From Mustelus asterias (taxonomy: Eukaryota), in assembly GCF_964213995.1 (NCBI RefSeq), contig NC_135809.1, positions 108,996,001 to 109,060,000 on the forward strand: DNA of 64,000 nt, in the 5' to 3' direction. Shown here piece by piece: positions 62,964-64,000 of this stretch (its first letter is position 1; the number at the start of each line of letters is the position of its first letter). The position numbers were made by a program, and so were the translations under genes. The notes beneath the pieces are model-generated. The model was not told the origin of the DNA and made no database searches. It saw nothing but the letters and a program-made list of their open reading frames with translations.

Positions 62964-64000
62964 GTAATTTCAGTATTTTGTACATCATACAAACTCTTGC
63001 AAACATGATTGTGAAATTCTTGAGTGGGAGATCATGACACCAACATAAAAACAGTTTTTAATGTTATTCCCTGCAATATGATGATGAAAATTAGCAAGTC
63101 CTGCATAGATTTGATGATTGGAACCACAGTTTAATTATTTAGTCTGAAGTTACTTGCTGTTTTCAATCAGGGTTCATTGGCCTTTGGCAGCTTTACATTC
63201 AAACTCTGTGGGATAATGTGGAGGGCCTCAGATATGTCCACTGAGGTATGCACAATAATTATTACTGACCCCAGGCACCCCAGACCTCTTCCACCTTCTT
63301 TCATCGGGAAAAAGATACAAAACTCTGAGATCACTTACCAACCAACTCAAGAACAGCTTCTTCCCTGCTGCCATCAGACTTTTGAAAGGACCTACCATAT
63401 ATTAAAAAGATCTCTCTCTAAACCCTAGCTATGATTGTAACACAATGGATGGGATTTTCAGTTCTCGCTCGCCCTGAACCCAGAAAATCCCGCCCGAGGT
63501 CAATGGGCGTTTCTATGGTCCGCCCCTCACCTGCTCTGATCCCGTGGCGGGCGGGACAGTAAAGTTCGCCCATATATTCCGCACCTTCTCCTTTCCATAG
63601 AATCATAGAATCATACAGAGCAGAAGAGGCCCATCCAATCCCACCTAATGCCATCTGCCAGAACTTGGCCCAAAGCCCTGAATGTCATGATGTGCCAAAT
63701 GCTCCTTCAGATACTTTTTAAAGGATGTGAGGCAACCCGTCTCTACCACCTGTACAACTCCAAGATGATTTCCCTGCTTTTGTAATCTGTATCTCAATTG
63801 ATAAAGGCAAGTGTCCCATATGCCTTTTTCACCACCTACTAACATGCCCTTTTGTCTTCAGAGATCTGTGGACAAACATGCCATGGTCCCTTTGTTCCAC
63901 AGAACTTCCTAATGTCCTATAATTCATTGAGTACTTCTTTGTCAAGTTACTCCTTCCAAAGTGTATCAGCTCACACTTTTTAGGGTAAAATTCCATCTGC

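Larger units (their letters stand above)
51200..64000 (+). repeat. Intragenic segmental duplication module C (runs off the window)
   Basis: Most complete copy; private HE1-type SINE and Gypsy insertions. Confidence 0.85.

Overview
Repeat-rich vertebrate DNA, most likely from a cartilaginous fish (inferred from HE1/V-type and Deu-type SINEs, CR1, Rex/Babar, Tx1, Penelope and Harbinger-type repeats). The window is spanned by one + strand spliced gene whose ectodomain resembles B7-H6/NCR3LG1: IgV exon 3955-4293, IgC1 exon 7155-7475, TM exon 11758-11859. No leader exon or stop codon was found in the window. After the TM, the frame continues through symmetric phase-1 exons: a 105-nt linker, three 429-nt exons (20227, 36541, 62535) encoding C1-set-like Ig domains that lack both canonical disulfide cysteines, and six 90/99-nt Ser/Thr/Asn/Pro/Gly-rich repeat exons. 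If all are spliced, the predicted tail is >640 aa, modular and tyrosine-free. It was built by intragenic tandem duplication at about 0.65, 2.9 and 16-26 kb scales, with visible exon birth and death. The introns hold several notable elements: a full-length defective Gypsy element with an apparent self-priming PBS and a 217-bp fold-back over its gag start; a SINE-like insert headed by U2 snRNA-like sequence; a palindromic Penelope fragment with hammerhead cores; a dead Harbinger transposase with its MITEs; and several solo LTRs with TSDs. Exon joins are predicted from splice signals and frame only; no transcript data were available.
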